A DNA stretch of 64,000 nucleotides from an uncultured Planctomycetota bacterium (GCA_963737655.1 CAVTTN010000002.1:7360001-7424000); one strand, 5' to 3'. Positions 31,391-41,932 are shown, counted from the stretch's first letter. The notes: generated by a model not told the origin, from the letters alone. Program-made: numbers and translations.

Positions 31391-31630
31391 GGCGGGAAGC
31401 TGGCGCGGGAAAATGGTGTCAGATCGATTTTTGAATAGAAAAATCGATCTGACACCCTCCGTAGCAGACCCCGATCGACGAGGTCGATCGAGTAGGTCCG
31501 ACTTCAGTCGGGCCGACAAAACTCTGCACACGTGTAGGCCCGACTGAAGTCGGACCTACTCGATCCGTTTCCATCACCGGGGGTTTCTGCGGAGCAGATC
31601 TGGCACCATTTTCTCCGCCATCTCCCGACC
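31391..31630. repeat. nested composite palindrome: outer GAAAATGGTG(T/C)CAGATC arms, an 18-bp-stem hairpin (31415-31456) and a family C REP doublet (about 31486-31565)
   Basis: GGTGTCAGATCGATTTTT/AAAAATCGATCTGACACC; GATCGAGTAGGTCCGACTTCAGTCGGGCC/GGCCCGACTGAAGTCGGACCTACTCGATC. Confidence 0.85.
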
Positions 31631-31987
31631 GCCCCGATTCGGCAAAGTTGACGACACTTTCCTGTCAAATCGTCGGAAAATGGCGGAAAACAAGTCATTT
31701 CGAGCGCGCAACGACTCGTGCGCACCGACAGATCCGCACCCGACCCATGTTTGGCGTGCTAGAGCGCAACCATTTTCGATTTCACCACTTGCGTAGGATG
31801 GTCGATCGCGAGATTGAGTCCCAACGGGGCCCAAAACACACGGCTTGTCGGGCGCCCGGCCAGACCGCGAATTGACACAAGCCTGTCACGACCCGCCCGG
31901 AGGCTCGATTTTCGGCGATCGCCGCCCGCGACGGTCGCGATGGTATCCCTCGGAACGGTTTGGCGAGCTCGACCCAAATTCACCCGC

Positions 31988-33127
31988 TTACCAGGCTCGA
32001 TCGAGGAGGGTTTCCATGTCCGCCTTCGAGCACGTCCTGGGGTTGGTCCTGTGGCAATGGTCTTGCATCGCCAGGTCGGCATATTCGCCGATCCTCGACC
32101 GTTCGAGGCCGTCGATGGCGCGGAGCCGGTTCGGTAAGCCGAGCCTCGTGAGCAAGAGTTCGCTCAGGGTAATCAGGTGCGCGGGACCGTCGCCGGCCCG
32201 GCCGAGGCCGAGGGTCGCGGCGAGGTCGGCCATCCGGGGCCCGGCGGCTTCGCGATTGAACCGGAGGGCGTGGGGCAGCAGCACCGCGTTCAGGGTGCCG
32301 TGGTGGGCGCGGCCTCGGCCTCCCAGGGCGTGGGAGAGCGAGTGGACCACGCCGAGCCCCTTGTGGAACGCCACTCCACACAGCAACGCCCCCATCATCA
32401 GCGACCGCCGGGCCGCTCGGTCCGATCCATCCCTCACGGAGGTCTCCAGACCGCGGGCCACCTGCCTCAGCCCTTCGAGCGCAATCCCATCGCACATCGG
32501 ATGTTCGGTCGTGGAGAGATAGCTCTCGACGCCGTGGGTGAAGGCGTCCATCCCGGTCCCTGCGGTCAAGCCGGGAGGCAATCCCAGGGTCAATTCCGGG
32601 TCGCAAAGGGCGACACTCGGAAGCAGATGCGGGCTCAGGGCGATGATCTTCCGCCCGCTCTCGGCAACCTGGATCAAGGTCCCCCGGCCCGCCTCGCTGC
32701 CGGTCCCCGCGGTCGTCGGAACTGCAATCATCGGGGGCATTTGCGACGAAATTCGGCTCGATCCGCCCGAGGTGAATTCGTAATCCGACAGCGAGCCGCC
32801 CAGCCCGGCGAGGAGCCGGATCGCCTTGGCGGCGTCGATCGAGCTCCCCCCGCCCAGCCCGATCAGGCCGTCACACTGGCCGGTCCGATACCGTTCGAGA
32901 CCGCTACCAACGTCCGCCTCGGTCGGGTTGGCCTGAACGGAAGCAAAAAGCTCGAAGGAACTTAGGCCCGAAGTGACCTCGGCGACGATCCCGGCCGAAA
33001 CGAGGCCCGGGTCGGTCACGACCAAAGGACGGGTCACGCCCAGGGTCGCGAGCTCGGCCGGGAGCTGGGTCCGGGCCCCCTCGCCGAAGAGGATGCGATT
33101 GGGGAACGTGAACAGGGAAATGGGCAT
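31988..33127 (-). CDS. iron-containing alcohol dehydrogenase
   Basis: GLGGGSSIDAAK, PTTAGTGSE, GMDAFTHGVE and HSLSH...HHG motifs. Confidence 0.93.
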   Translation of the reverse strand: MPISLFTFPNRILFGEGARTQLPAELATLGVTRPLVVTDPGLVSAGIVAEVTSGLSSFELFASVQANPTEADVGSGLERYRTGQCDGLIGLGGGSSIDAAKAIRLLAGLGGSLSDYEFTSGGSSRISSQMPPMIAVPTTAGTGSEAGRGTLIQVAESGRKIIALSPHLLPSVALCDPELTLGLPPGLTAGTGMDAFTHGVESYLSTTEHPMCDGIALEGLRQVARGLETSVRDGSDRAARRSLMMGALLCGVAFHKGLGVVHSLSHALGGRGRAHHGTLNAVLLPHALRFNREAAGPRMADLAATLGLGRAGDGPAHLITLSELLLTRLGLPNRLRAIDGLERSRIGEYADLAMQDHCHRTNPRTCSKADMETLLDRAW

Positions 33128-33153
33128 GAGCACGGCCTCGAGGCGAGCGGCGA

Positions 33154-33476
33154 TCAGCCGAGCTGGGCGAGCAGGCCGTCCATCTCCCCGGCCGCGTGCC
33201 AGTCGCCCCGGGCCCGCGCTTCGCGATCCCCCGGGTCAAGACGTCCCGGGCCGAGGGGGCGTCGCCTTCTTCCGCAAACGATTGCCCGAGTTGCTGATAC
33301 GCCGCGATCTGGTCGTCGGGCCCGTCGGCGATCAGGGCCTCGAGCCGCTGGCGACCCTCGGCCGTGTCCCCCTCGCGGAGGCATTGCAGGGCCAGCCCGT
33401 AGCGGAGGAAGGCGTCGGTCGGATCTTCGGCCAGGCTCGCTTCCAGCATCTTGCGGCGGGGGGACTTCTCGGCCAT
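33154..33476 (-). CDS. small tetratricopeptide repeat protein (frameshift near 33220)
   Basis: DPTDAFLRYGLA...AAYQQLGQ...GIAK joins ARARGDWHAAGEMDGLL in another frame. Confidence 0.8.
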
Positions 33477-33801
33477 CGTGGGACCTCGACCGCCGGCCGA
33501 GGCGAGCGGCACCCCGGTTGCGGCCGACTCAACCTAACCCCGAGAGATCGCCCCGTCAATGAGTCGCACCCAGGGAGTCTCTTTCCCCCATCTTGCCGTG
33601 AATCTGGGCAAGATTTTCGGTCAATAGGGAAGAACCGGAAAGCTAGGGGGGTTTTGGAAGCGGGGCATCAAGCCCAATTTGGGGCAAGCCGATTCAGAGA
33701 CTCGTCGGGAGGACGGCCGTCGCGGCGAAGGATCGCGAGGCGGGCCGTCGGCGGCACTCCGGGGCGGCCGCGCTCCGAGACAACCGGACGAGGACTCCGC
33801 C

Positions 33802-35193
33802 GTGAACTGGGATCACATGACGCGACGCAAGACCTTTGCCAGGGCGATCTTGCTCCTCTTGCCCCTGGGAGCGAGCGACGCTTGGGCCGGCTCCGGGAGG
33901 AGGCGGACGGAGGTCGTGGAGGCCGTCCAGAAGGTCCAGCCGTCGGTCGTGAGCATTTCCAGCGAGAAGAAGGCCGCTTCTTCCAGCCGCTGGCCGTTCA
34001 CGACCGAGGAAAACCAGAAGCCCCGAGTCAGCGGGATGGGGACCGGCGTCCTGATCGACGGCCGGGGCTATATCCTGACCAATCAACACGTTGTGGATAA
34101 AGTCCAGGGGATCGAGGTCCGCCTCGCCGATGGCACGGTCCTCCCCGCCCGGCTGCTCCAGCAGGACGAGGCGATGGACATCGCCCTGATCAAGGTCGAT
34201 GCCAACCACACCCTGCCGGCCGTGGCCATCGGGACCTCGTCCGACCTGATGGTCGGCGAGACCGTGATTACCATCGGGAACGCCTTCGGCTACGAGAACA
34301 CGGTCTCGGTCGGGATCATCAGCTTCGTCGGACGCAACGTGACGCTGGCCGACGACCAGGTTTACCGAAACCTCATCCAGACTGACGCTTGCATCAATCC
34401 GGGGAACTCCGGCGGCCCCCTGGTAAACATTGACGGCGAGCTGATCGGCATCAACGTGGCCGTCCGGGCCGGGGCCCAGGGAATCGGTTTCGCCTTGCCG
34501 ATCGATGACGTCAAGCGGGTCGCCGCCGAGATGATGAGCACCCGTCGTCTCGTCGGCTCCTGGCACGGCCTGATCACCGGAGAGGCCCGCACGGCCAACG
34601 GTCGCACGGTCGTCGTGGCCGATATCCCTCCCAACAGCCCCGCCGAGGCCGCCGGAGTTCAGAAAGGCGACGTCGTGGTGAAGGTTGGCGACGTTTCCGT
34701 CACCAATTCCATCGATATCGAACGTGGGTTGCTCGACGTCCGCCCCGGGACCCGGAGCGACCTGGTCGTTCGTCGGGGGGGGCAGGAGAAGACCCTCGCC
34801 CTGGAGGTCCAGTCCCTCCAGGCCCCCCAAAGACCCGGCACCGACACGTCGGAAAGGATCTGGAGGACGCTGGGCGTGAGGATGGTCCCGGTGGCGAAGG
34901 ATTATGTACGAAACGTCGCACCGACATGCCGGGGAGGACTTTACGTCCAGGCCGTCCTGCCCAATAGCCCTGCCGCCCGGGCCCTGATCCAGAAGGGGGA
35001 TATCCTCGTCGGGATGAACGTGGGGACCCGGAACCTGGAGACGATCCAGCCCGATAATGTCTTGTACGTCCTCAAGCAACCGGAGCTCACCCAGACCGGC
35101 TCGTTCCAGTGCTGGATCGTCCGGCGGAACGAGTTGTTGAACAAACTCGTGAGCCTGGCCGACGCCCCGTATCAGAACGCCCGCTTGAAATGA
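33802..35193 (+). CDS. HtrA/DegP-like trypsin serine protease with PDZ domains
   Basis: LTNQHVV, DIALIK and INPGNSGGPL catalytic triad motifs; two PDZ-like segments. Confidence 0.93.
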   Translation: MNWDHMTRRKTFARAILLLLPLGASDAWAGSGRRRTEVVEAVQKVQPSVVSISSEKKAASSSRWPFTTEENQKPRVSGMGTGVLIDGRGYILTNQHVVDKVQGIEVRLADGTVLPARLLQQDEAMDIALIKVDANHTLPAVAIGTSSDLMVGETVITIGNAFGYENTVSVGIISFVGRNVTLADDQVYRNLIQTDACINPGNSGGPLVNIDGELIGINVAVRAGAQGIGFALPIDDVKRVAAEMMSTRRLVGSWHGLITGEARTANGRTVVVADIPPNSPAEAAGVQKGDVVVKVGDVSVTNSIDIERGLLDVRPGTRSDLVVRRGGQEKTLALEVQSLQAPQRPGTDTSERIWRTLGVRMVPVAKDYVRNVAPTCRGGLYVQAVLPNSPAARALIQKGDILVGMNVGTRNLETIQPDNVLYVLKQPELTQTGSFQCWIVRRNELLNKLVSLADAPYQNARLK

Positions 35194-35263
35194 TTTCTTG
35201 GCATCGGCCTTGCATCGGACCCCTCCCGATGATTGGGACAACCCCTTTCGGAGGTCCGGTCCG

Positions 35264-35626
35264 ATGCCCGCGATCAACAAGCCGTCGAACGCCCCCGGGA
35301 CGTCTCTGGGTTACATCACCGTCGGGGCGATCCTGGCGGTCCTGGCCGGGACGTCGTTCTTCTTCTTCTCGAATTCCCAGAACGCAGTATTCGGCTACAT
35401 CAGGACTTGCGCGTTTATCATCGGGCTGATCCTGCTGGTCCTGGGGTTCAGCGTCGGGCAGATCGGTCGAGTGGCTCGCGCCGCCGACGAGGCCCCCGCC
35501 CCCGGAGGCGTGACTCCGCCTCCGGCTGCCCGCCCCGCCAACGGCACCCCCCTGACCGCCGTGCCGAGCGGGAATGGGGTGGGTCCGATCCTGGGTTCCA
35601 CCAGCACTACGACCCAGGCCCCTTGA
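35264..35626 (+). CDS. hypothetical two-TM membrane protein
   Basis: GGAGGT RBS; two hydrophobic helices followed by a Pro-rich tail. Confidence 0.7.
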   Translation: MPAINKPSNAPGTSLGYITVGAILAVLAGTSFFFFSNSQNAVFGYIRTCAFIIGLILLVLGFSVGQIGRVARAADEAPAPGGVTPPPAARPANGTPLTAVPSGNGVGPILGSTSTTTQAP

Positions 35627-35709
35627 CCCTGGCGAGCGGCGGCGAGACGAGATAGGCTGGGTCCTGGGTTTCCCAGGCCCAGCCCAGTCCACCTCGCCCG
35701 AGGCCGCCG

Positions 35710-36864
35710 GTGAAGGTCGTTGTGGCCCCCGACAAGTTCAAAGGAAGCCTTTCGGCCGCCGAGGCCGCCTCGGCCATCGCCCACGGGGTGCTTCGGGCCG
35801 ATCCCTCGGCCGAGGTCGTTGCCGTGCCCATGGCCGACGGCGGCGAAGGGACGGTCGAAGCCCTCGTCGCCGCGACCGGCGGCCACTTCCTCGAAGCCGA
35901 AGTCACGGGGCCGCTTGGAGATCCAGTCATCGCGAGGTACGGGATGCTCGGTGACGGCCAGACGGCCGTGATCGAGATGGCCGCCGCCTCCGGCCTGACC
36001 CTCGTGCCGCTCGACCGTCGCGACCCGTCCCGGACGACGACTCGCGGGACCGGTGAGCTGGTCCTTGCCGCCATCCAGCAGGGGGCCCACCGGATCATCC
36101 TGGGGATTGGCGGGAGCGCCACCAATGACGGCGGTGCCGGGTTCGCCCAGGCTCTCGGCATTCACTTGCTCGATGCCGAGGGATGCGAGATTGGTCCGGG
36201 AGGCGGGTTGCTCGGAAGTCTCGATCGAATTGAGGGTTCGGGCCGGCTGGCTCAGCTCCAGGGCCTTGAGATCGCCGTTGCCTGTGACGTCGATAATCCG
36301 CTTTGCGGACCCCGAGGGGCCTCCGCAGTATTCGGGCCTCAGAAGGGCGCCGACCCGGCGATGGTCGGACGGCTCGATGCCAACCTTCGCCATCTTGCCC
36401 GGATTCTCCGGCGAGACCTCGGTGTGGGTGTCGAGGAAATCCCGGGAGCGGGGGCAGCCGGCGGGCTTGGGGCCGGCCTGATCGCGTTTGCCGGTGCCAC
36501 CCTGGCCCCCGGGATCGATCGGGTGATCGAGGCCGTTGGCCTGAACGATCATCTACAGGGGGCGGACCTGGTCGTGACCGGCGAAGGATCGCTCGATGCC
36601 TCCAGCGCGGCGGGAAAAACCGTCGTGGGGGTCGCTCGGCTCGCTCGCGGCCGAGGCGTGCCGGTCGTCGCGCTGGCCGGGACCATCGGTGCCGGAGCCG
36701 AGCTCGCTCATGAGATCGGCCTGGACGCCATGTTCAGTTTGTGTCCGGGGCCGATCTCGCTTGATCGGGCCATTGCCGACGCATCCTCTTTGTTGACAGA
36801 AACTTCCGCCCAGGTCGTTCGCCTCTTCCGGGCTGCTCGGAGGGCCGATCATGGGGGAATTTGA
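35710..36864 (+). CDS. glxK: glycerate kinase
   Basis: APDKFKGSL, PMADGGEG, GIGGSATNDGG, FGPQKGA and GAAGGLG motifs. Confidence 0.93.
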   Translation: MKVVVAPDKFKGSLSAAEAASAIAHGVLRADPSAEVVAVPMADGGEGTVEALVAATGGHFLEAEVTGPLGDPVIARYGMLGDGQTAVIEMAAASGLTLVPLDRRDPSRTTTRGTGELVLAAIQQGAHRIILGIGGSATNDGGAGFAQALGIHLLDAEGCEIGPGGGLLGSLDRIEGSGRLAQLQGLEIAVACDVDNPLCGPRGASAVFGPQKGADPAMVGRLDANLRHLARILRRDLGVGVEEIPGAGAAGGLGAGLIAFAGATLAPGIDRVIEAVGLNDHLQGADLVVTGEGSLDASSAAGKTVVGVARLARGRGVPVVALAGTIGAGAELAHEIGLDAMFSLCPGPISLDRAIADASSLLTETSAQVVRLFRAARRADHGGI

Positions 36865-37786
36865 CCTGATCGAATGGATTCGGAGTCATTCCGCCGGAGG
36901 GGAGCGCGCTCCGATCGGGATTGGCGACGATTGCGCATCCCTGCGGTTCGCGCATGGCCGCGACGTGCTCGTCACCTCCGATATGTTGCTCGATGGCCGC
37001 CATTTTCGCCTTGCGACGGATTCGCCCGAACAGGTTGGCTACAAATCCCTTGCGGTGAACCTGTCCGACATGGCCGCGATGGCGGGCCAACCGGTTGCGG
37101 CTGTGGTTTCGGTGGCCTTGCCTCGTGCTCGAGCCTCGGAGATTGGCCGAAGGCTGCATGAGGGGATGAACCCCTTACTGGAGCGGTTCGGCGTCTTGCT
37201 GGTGGGTGGGGATACGAACGCCTGGGAAGGCCCCCTGGTCGTAAGCATTGCCTTGCTCGGGGAGGCGACGGAACGAGGCCCCGTCCGGCGATTAGGTGCG
37301 CAATCGGGAGACGCTATTCTCGTGACCGGCCCACTGGGCGGCAGTTTGCTCGGACGGCATTTGCGACCCAAACCGCGAGTCCGGGAGGCCCTGGCCATCC
37401 ATCAGCGGACCGAAATTCGGGCCATGATTGATCTTTCGGACGGCCTGTCGTCCGACCTGGGCCATATCCTCGACGAGAGCGGCGGACTCGGGGCGATCCT
37501 GGACACGGCCTCCCTGCCCATTCATCGCGATGCGCAAATCCTGTCCCAGGTGGATGGTCGGTTGCCGCTGGATCATGCGCTGGACGACGGGGAAGACTTC
37601 GAGCTGTGCTTGACCCTGGCCGAGAAAGACGCGGCAAGTCTCCTGGATAACCCACCTTGCCCGCTTTCTCGGATCGGCATCATCACGTCCGAACCCGGTA
37701 TCCGTCTACGGTTCCCCGATGGGCGCATCGAAGCCCGGACCAGGGCCGGATTCGACCACTTTCGCGACTCCGAGGGCGACGGATGA
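36851..37786 (+). CDS. thiL: thiamine-monophosphate kinase
   Basis: GEFDLI, GIGDDCA, NLSDMAAM, GGDT, DLSDGL and GEDFEL motifs. Confidence 0.95.
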   Translation: MGEFDLIEWIRSHSAGGERAPIGIGDDCASLRFAHGRDVLVTSDMLLDGRHFRLATDSPEQVGYKSLAVNLSDMAAMAGQPVAAVVSVALPRARASEIGRRLHEGMNPLLERFGVLLVGGDTNAWEGPLVVSIALLGEATERGPVRRLGAQSGDAILVTGPLGGSLLGRHLRPKPRVREALAIHQRTEIRAMIDLSDGLSSDLGHILDESGGLGAILDTASLPIHRDAQILSQVDGRLPLDHALDDGEDFELCLTLAEKDAASLLDNPPCPLSRIGIITSEPGIRLRFPDGRIEARTRAGFDHFRDSEGDG

Positions 37787-38274
37787 CGATCGTTCGTGAT
37801 GGAAATCGAATTTTGATGGACGTTAGCGAGGAATGGGAAACGGATCGGGTCGGTCGCGCCATCGCTTCGGTCATGGTCCCGAACACCACTATTGGGCTCG
37901 TCGGGCCGCTCGGAGCGGGCAAGACCCGGCTTTCTCGGGCGATCGCAGAGGGGCTAGGGGTCGATCCTGGGGCCATTTCCAGTCCCACGTATGTCCTGAT
38001 CCAGGAGTACGAAGGAGATTTGCCGATTGCGCATTTTGATTCCTACCGGCTGGAGGGCCCGGAGGCGTTCGACGCTCTCGGGCCCGGCGACTACTGGGAG
38101 GCGGGCGGCCTCTGCCTGGTCGAGTGGGCCGACCGGGTCGCGGATCGCCTGCCCCGAGACGCGTGGTGGATTACGATCGAGATTGACGACCCGCTGCGGC
38201 GCCTGACGATCGAGATTCCGGAGCCGGCGGTCCGGGAACGTCTGTTTCAAGCGTTGAGTCTGTTGGGTGGTTGA
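37783..38274 (+). CDS. tsaE: tRNA threonylcarbamoyladenosine biosynthesis ATPase
   Basis: GPLGAGKT, SSPTYVL, HFDSYRL and LVEW motifs. Confidence 0.93.
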   Translation: MTIVRDGNRILMDVSEEWETDRVGRAIASVMVPNTTIGLVGPLGAGKTRLSRAIAEGLGVDPGAISSPTYVLIQEYEGDLPIAHFDSYRLEGPEAFDALGPGDYWEAGGLCLVEWADRVADRLPRDAWWITIEIDDPLRRLTIEIPEPAVRERLFQALSLLGG

Positions 38275-38285
38275 GTGCGTGGTGG

Positions 38286-38798
<513 letters not shown>

Positions 38799-38923
38799 GA
38801 CGTCCTCGAAAGGGAGGAAACTCAGCCCGTCTGGGCGAGATGGGTCGTCGGGCGAAGCGGAGGGAGGTTTCACTTCCATCATACGCGACGTGACGGGGCC
38901 TCGGCGGGCCCGGGGAGCGGGAA

Positions 38924-40249
38924 TTGGAATGCTTCGATGTCGCGATCCTCGGAGGAGGGGCGGCGGGCCTCCTGGCGGCGATCCGATCCGCCGAGCTCGG
39001 GCGATCGACGGTCGTCCTGGAGAAGAACCGCCGCCCCGGAGTCAAGATCCTGATCTCGGGCGGGACTCGCTGTAACCTGACGAATGCGAGGGGTTTGCGC
39101 GATTTAAAGGGGATCTCCGGCCCCGTCGATCCGGGGTACGATCCTCGGGAAGCCCGGGGCGCCCGGAGCATCCTCGCGGCGTTCGGGCCTCAGGGATCGT
39201 TCCTTGGTCCTGCCTTGAAGGCGCTGAGTGTTGAGGCGACGATCGCTCTCTTCGAAAACGAAGGTTTGTCCACCAAGGTGGAGGCCAACGGGAAGGTGTT
39301 CCCGGCCACCGACCGCGCGGCGGATGTGCTCTCGGCGTTGATGAAGCGGGTCGAACGGTCGGGCGCGAGGGTGCGCACCGGTTCCGCGGTGGGTGACGTA
39401 ACCCCCTGGGAAAATGGGTATTTGGTCCAGACGGCCGAGTCTTCGATCCGGGCCCGATCGGTGGTCCTGGCGATGGGAGGGCTGTCGTACCCCGGGTGCG
39501 GGACGACCGGGGACGGCTTCGGGATCGCCCGATCGCTGGGTCATTCGATCGTCGAGCCTCGGCCGGCTCTCGTCCCCCTAAGAGTTGAACCTGCCTGGGT
39601 TTCGGAGTTGCGGGGCATCGCCCTCCAAGATGTGAAGGCCGAGGTGCGGATCGGCGGCGTTTCGCGTCTGGAACGTCGCGAAGCGGTGCTTTTTGCTCAC
39701 TTTGGCCTGAGTGGGCCGGCGATCCTGGATGTGAGCCGCGCGGTGGCCCGTCACGATGGGACGGATCGGCCCGTGCTCGTCCTGGATTTGCTCCCGGGAG
39801 AGCGGGCGGAGGCCATCGAGGCTCGGTTGCAGGCGGAGGCCCGGTCGGGGCGCTCCCAGGTGGTGGGTCTCTTGCCGGACGTCTTGCCGAGGCGGCTGGC
39901 CGAGTCGGTCTTGAGTGCGGCCGAGGTGCCTTCGGGGCGGATTGGACCGGAATTGTCGCGCGACGAGCGGAAACGCCTGATTTCGTGCTTGAAGGGTTTG
40001 AAATTGCCGGTCACGGGGACGCTCGGGTTTGCCAAGGCGGAGGTGACGAGCGGAGGGGTGGCCCTGGAGGAGGTGGATCCCTCGACGCTGGAGAGCCGGA
40101 TTCGGCCGGGGCTGTTCTTCGCGGGGGAGGTGCTGGACCTGGACGGATTGATCGGCGGTTATAACTTCCAGGCCGCCTGGAGCACCGGCTGGCTGGCGGG
40201 AGAGCGGGCGGCGGGGCGGGTTTCGGTGATCGGGGCAGGGGGCGGGTGA
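38924..40249 (+). CDS. HI0933/BaiN-family NAD(P)/FAD-dependent oxidoreductase
   Basis: GGGAAG, KILISGGTRCNLTN, GTTGDG, VTSGGV and GGYNFQAAWSTG motifs. Confidence 0.93.
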   Translation: MECFDVAILGGGAAGLLAAIRSAELGRSTVVLEKNRRPGVKILISGGTRCNLTNARGLRDLKGISGPVDPGYDPREARGARSILAAFGPQGSFLGPALKALSVEATIALFENEGLSTKVEANGKVFPATDRAADVLSALMKRVERSGARVRTGSAVGDVTPWENGYLVQTAESSIRARSVVLAMGGLSYPGCGTTGDGFGIARSLGHSIVEPRPALVPLRVEPAWVSELRGIALQDVKAEVRIGGVSRLERREAVLFAHFGLSGPAILDVSRAVARHDGTDRPVLVLDLLPGERAEAIEARLQAEARSGRSQVVGLLPDVLPRRLAESVLSAAEVPSGRIGPELSRDERKRLISCLKGLKLPVTGTLGFAKAEVTSGGVALEEVDPSTLESRIRPGLFFAGEVLDLDGLIGGYNFQAAWSTGWLAGERAAGRVSVIGAGGG

Positions 40250-40284
40250 GGATGATATCCCAGGGCGGAACCGGGGTCGGTGGG

Positions 40285-40387
40285 TTCACCACGAAGCCAC
40301 CAAGGGCACGGAGGAAGACACAAAGAAGTCGCCGAATTCCAGTCGTCTTTGTGTCTTCCTCCGTGCCCTTGGTGGCTTCGTGATGAA
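40285..40387. repeat. 42-bp-arm inverted repeat between convergent genes
   Basis: TTCACCACGAAGCCACCAAGGGCACGGAGGAAGACACAAAGA pairs with TCTTTGTGTCTTCCTCCGTGCCCTTGGTGGCTTCGTGATGAA (one mismatch). Confidence 0.88.
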
Positions 40388-40434
40388 TCGGGGTCGGCCG
40401 CCGACTTTTGGCGGTTCCGCGATTTGACGGCGAT

Positions 40435-41700
40435 TTATCCGTGGGAGGGGCCGGAGTCGGGCGGGATGATGCTGGGGAGTTCGAGGCGGCCTCCGCCGGG
40501 GCCCTTGAGCATCTGGTGCTTGGCCTGGGTCGTTTGCATCAGGCCGTGGATCTTGATGAAACCCTGGGCGGCCGTGGAGTCGTACTGGTCGCCCTCCTCG
40601 TAGGTGGCGAGTTCGTGGCGGTAGAGGCTGTGCTCGCTCTTCCGGCCGACGATCATCGCGTGACCCTTGAACAGTTTGATTCGAGCGATGCCCGAGACGT
40701 ATTGCTGATTGGAGACGACGAACGCCATCAAGTCCTGATGCAAAGCGCTGAACCAGAGGCCGTTGTAGATGAGGTCGGAATACGCCTGGCTGACGTGGGT
40801 CTTGAACCGGAGGGCGTCCTTGGAGAGGGTCAGGAACTCGATCTCGCGGTGGGCCTCGTGGAGGACCAGGGCGGCGGGGGCCTCATAAATCTCTCGCGAC
40901 TTGATGCCGACGAGGCGGTTCTCGATGTGATCGACGCGCCCGACGCCGTGGCGGCCGGCGATCTTGTTGAGCTCCTCGATCAGGGCCACGCCGTCGGTGT
41001 CCCGGCCGTTCAGGGCGACGGGTCGGCCGCGGTCGAATGTGATCTCGACCTCTTCAGGCTCGTCGGGGGCGTCCTTCGGATCGACGGTCCACTGGAACGT
41101 GGCCGGAGGGGGCTCGACCCACGGGTCTTCGAGGATTCCGGCCTCGATCGAGCGGCCCCAGAGGTTCTGGTCGGTGCTAAAAATCTTGTCCTTGGTGGCC
41201 TCGACCTCGATCCCGTGGTCGGAGGCGTACTTCAGCTCCTCGGTCCGGGTCCATTTCCACTCGCGGACCGGGGCGATGATCCTGAGGTGGGGGGCGAGGG
41301 TCTGGAAGGTGACGTCGAAGCGGACCTGGTCGTTCCCCTTGCCGGTGCATCCATGGGCCACGGCGACGGCCCCGTGATCCTTCGCTACCCGGACCATCAA
41401 CTGGGCGATCAACGGGCGGCCCAGCGCGGTGGCGAGCGGATATTTCCCTTCATAGAGGGCGCCGGCCATCAGCGAGGGGAAGGCGAAATAATCGACGAAG
41501 AGGTTGCGGACGTCCTCGGCGATGGCCTCGACGGCCCCGGTCCGCAGGGCCTTCTCGCGGATGGCGTTGATGTCCTGGCCCTGGCCGAGGTCGCAGGTAT
41601 ACGCGATCACGTCCAGGCCGTAGGTCTCGTTGATCCACTTGACGGCGACGGAGGTATCGAGCCCCCCGCTGTAGGCCAGAACGACCTTGTCTCGTGCCAC
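40435..41700 (-). CDS. argG: argininosuccinate synthase
   Basis: KVVLAYSGGLDTS, HGCTGKGNDQVRF and GIKSREIYEAP motifs. The GTG start is at 41700; the ORF-track extension upstream is repeat DNA. Confidence 0.97.
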   Translation of the reverse strand: MARDKVVLAYSGGLDTSVAVKWINETYGLDVIAYTCDLGQGQDINAIREKALRTGAVEAIAEDVRNLFVDYFAFPSLMAGALYEGKYPLATALGRPLIAQLMVRVAKDHGAVAVAHGCTGKGNDQVRFDVTFQTLAPHLRIIAPVREWKWTRTEELKYASDHGIEVEATKDKIFSTDQNLWGRSIEAGILEDPWVEPPPATFQWTVDPKDAPDEPEEVEITFDRGRPVALNGRDTDGVALIEELNKIAGRHGVGRVDHIENRLVGIKSREIYEAPAALVLHEAHREIEFLTLSKDALRFKTHVSQAYSDLIYNGLWFSALHQDLMAFVVSNQQYVSGIARIKLFKGHAMIVGRKSEHSLYRHELATYEEGDQYDSTAAQGFIKIHGLMQTTQAKHQMLKGPGGGRLELPSIIPPDSGPSHG

Positions 41701-41712
41701 GGCGTCCTCGTT

Positions 41713-41932
41713 GGGTGCTTCAAATGCACCAATGTAGGGTGCATGAAATGCACCACAGATGCGGCGGGCGATGCCCGCCATCCACGTCCCTGGGGTCTTG
41801 ATCCGATTCGGAGAGCGGAGAGCGGAGAGCGGCTGGCGGCCGATGGCCGCCTCCTGGTTGGTGCATTTCATGCACCCTACATGACGGTGCATTTCATGCA
41901 CCCTACATGACGGTGCATTGCATGCACCCTAC
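41713..41932. repeat. cluster of five family A REP copies (GTAGGGTGCATGAAATGCACC): one degenerate copy, a 147-bp doublet (41734-41880) and two tandem 26-bp units
   Basis: Directly visible: ATGACGGTGCATT(T/G)CATGCACCCTAC at 41881-41906 and 41907-41932. Confidence 0.92.

Noticed and set aside
41701..41901. N-terminal extensions such as MHEMHRHVGCMKCT on ArgG, MHAPY on LysC, and small VGCMKCT ORFs near 57.5-57.9 kb
   Set aside because: These are translations of the family A repeat, not protein domains or CxxC motifs.
41860..41932. Regularly spaced 21-bp repeats resembling a CRISPR array
   Set aside because: The period is only 26 bp with identical 5-nt spacers, orientations are mixed nearby, copies are dispersed across the window, and there are no cas genes.
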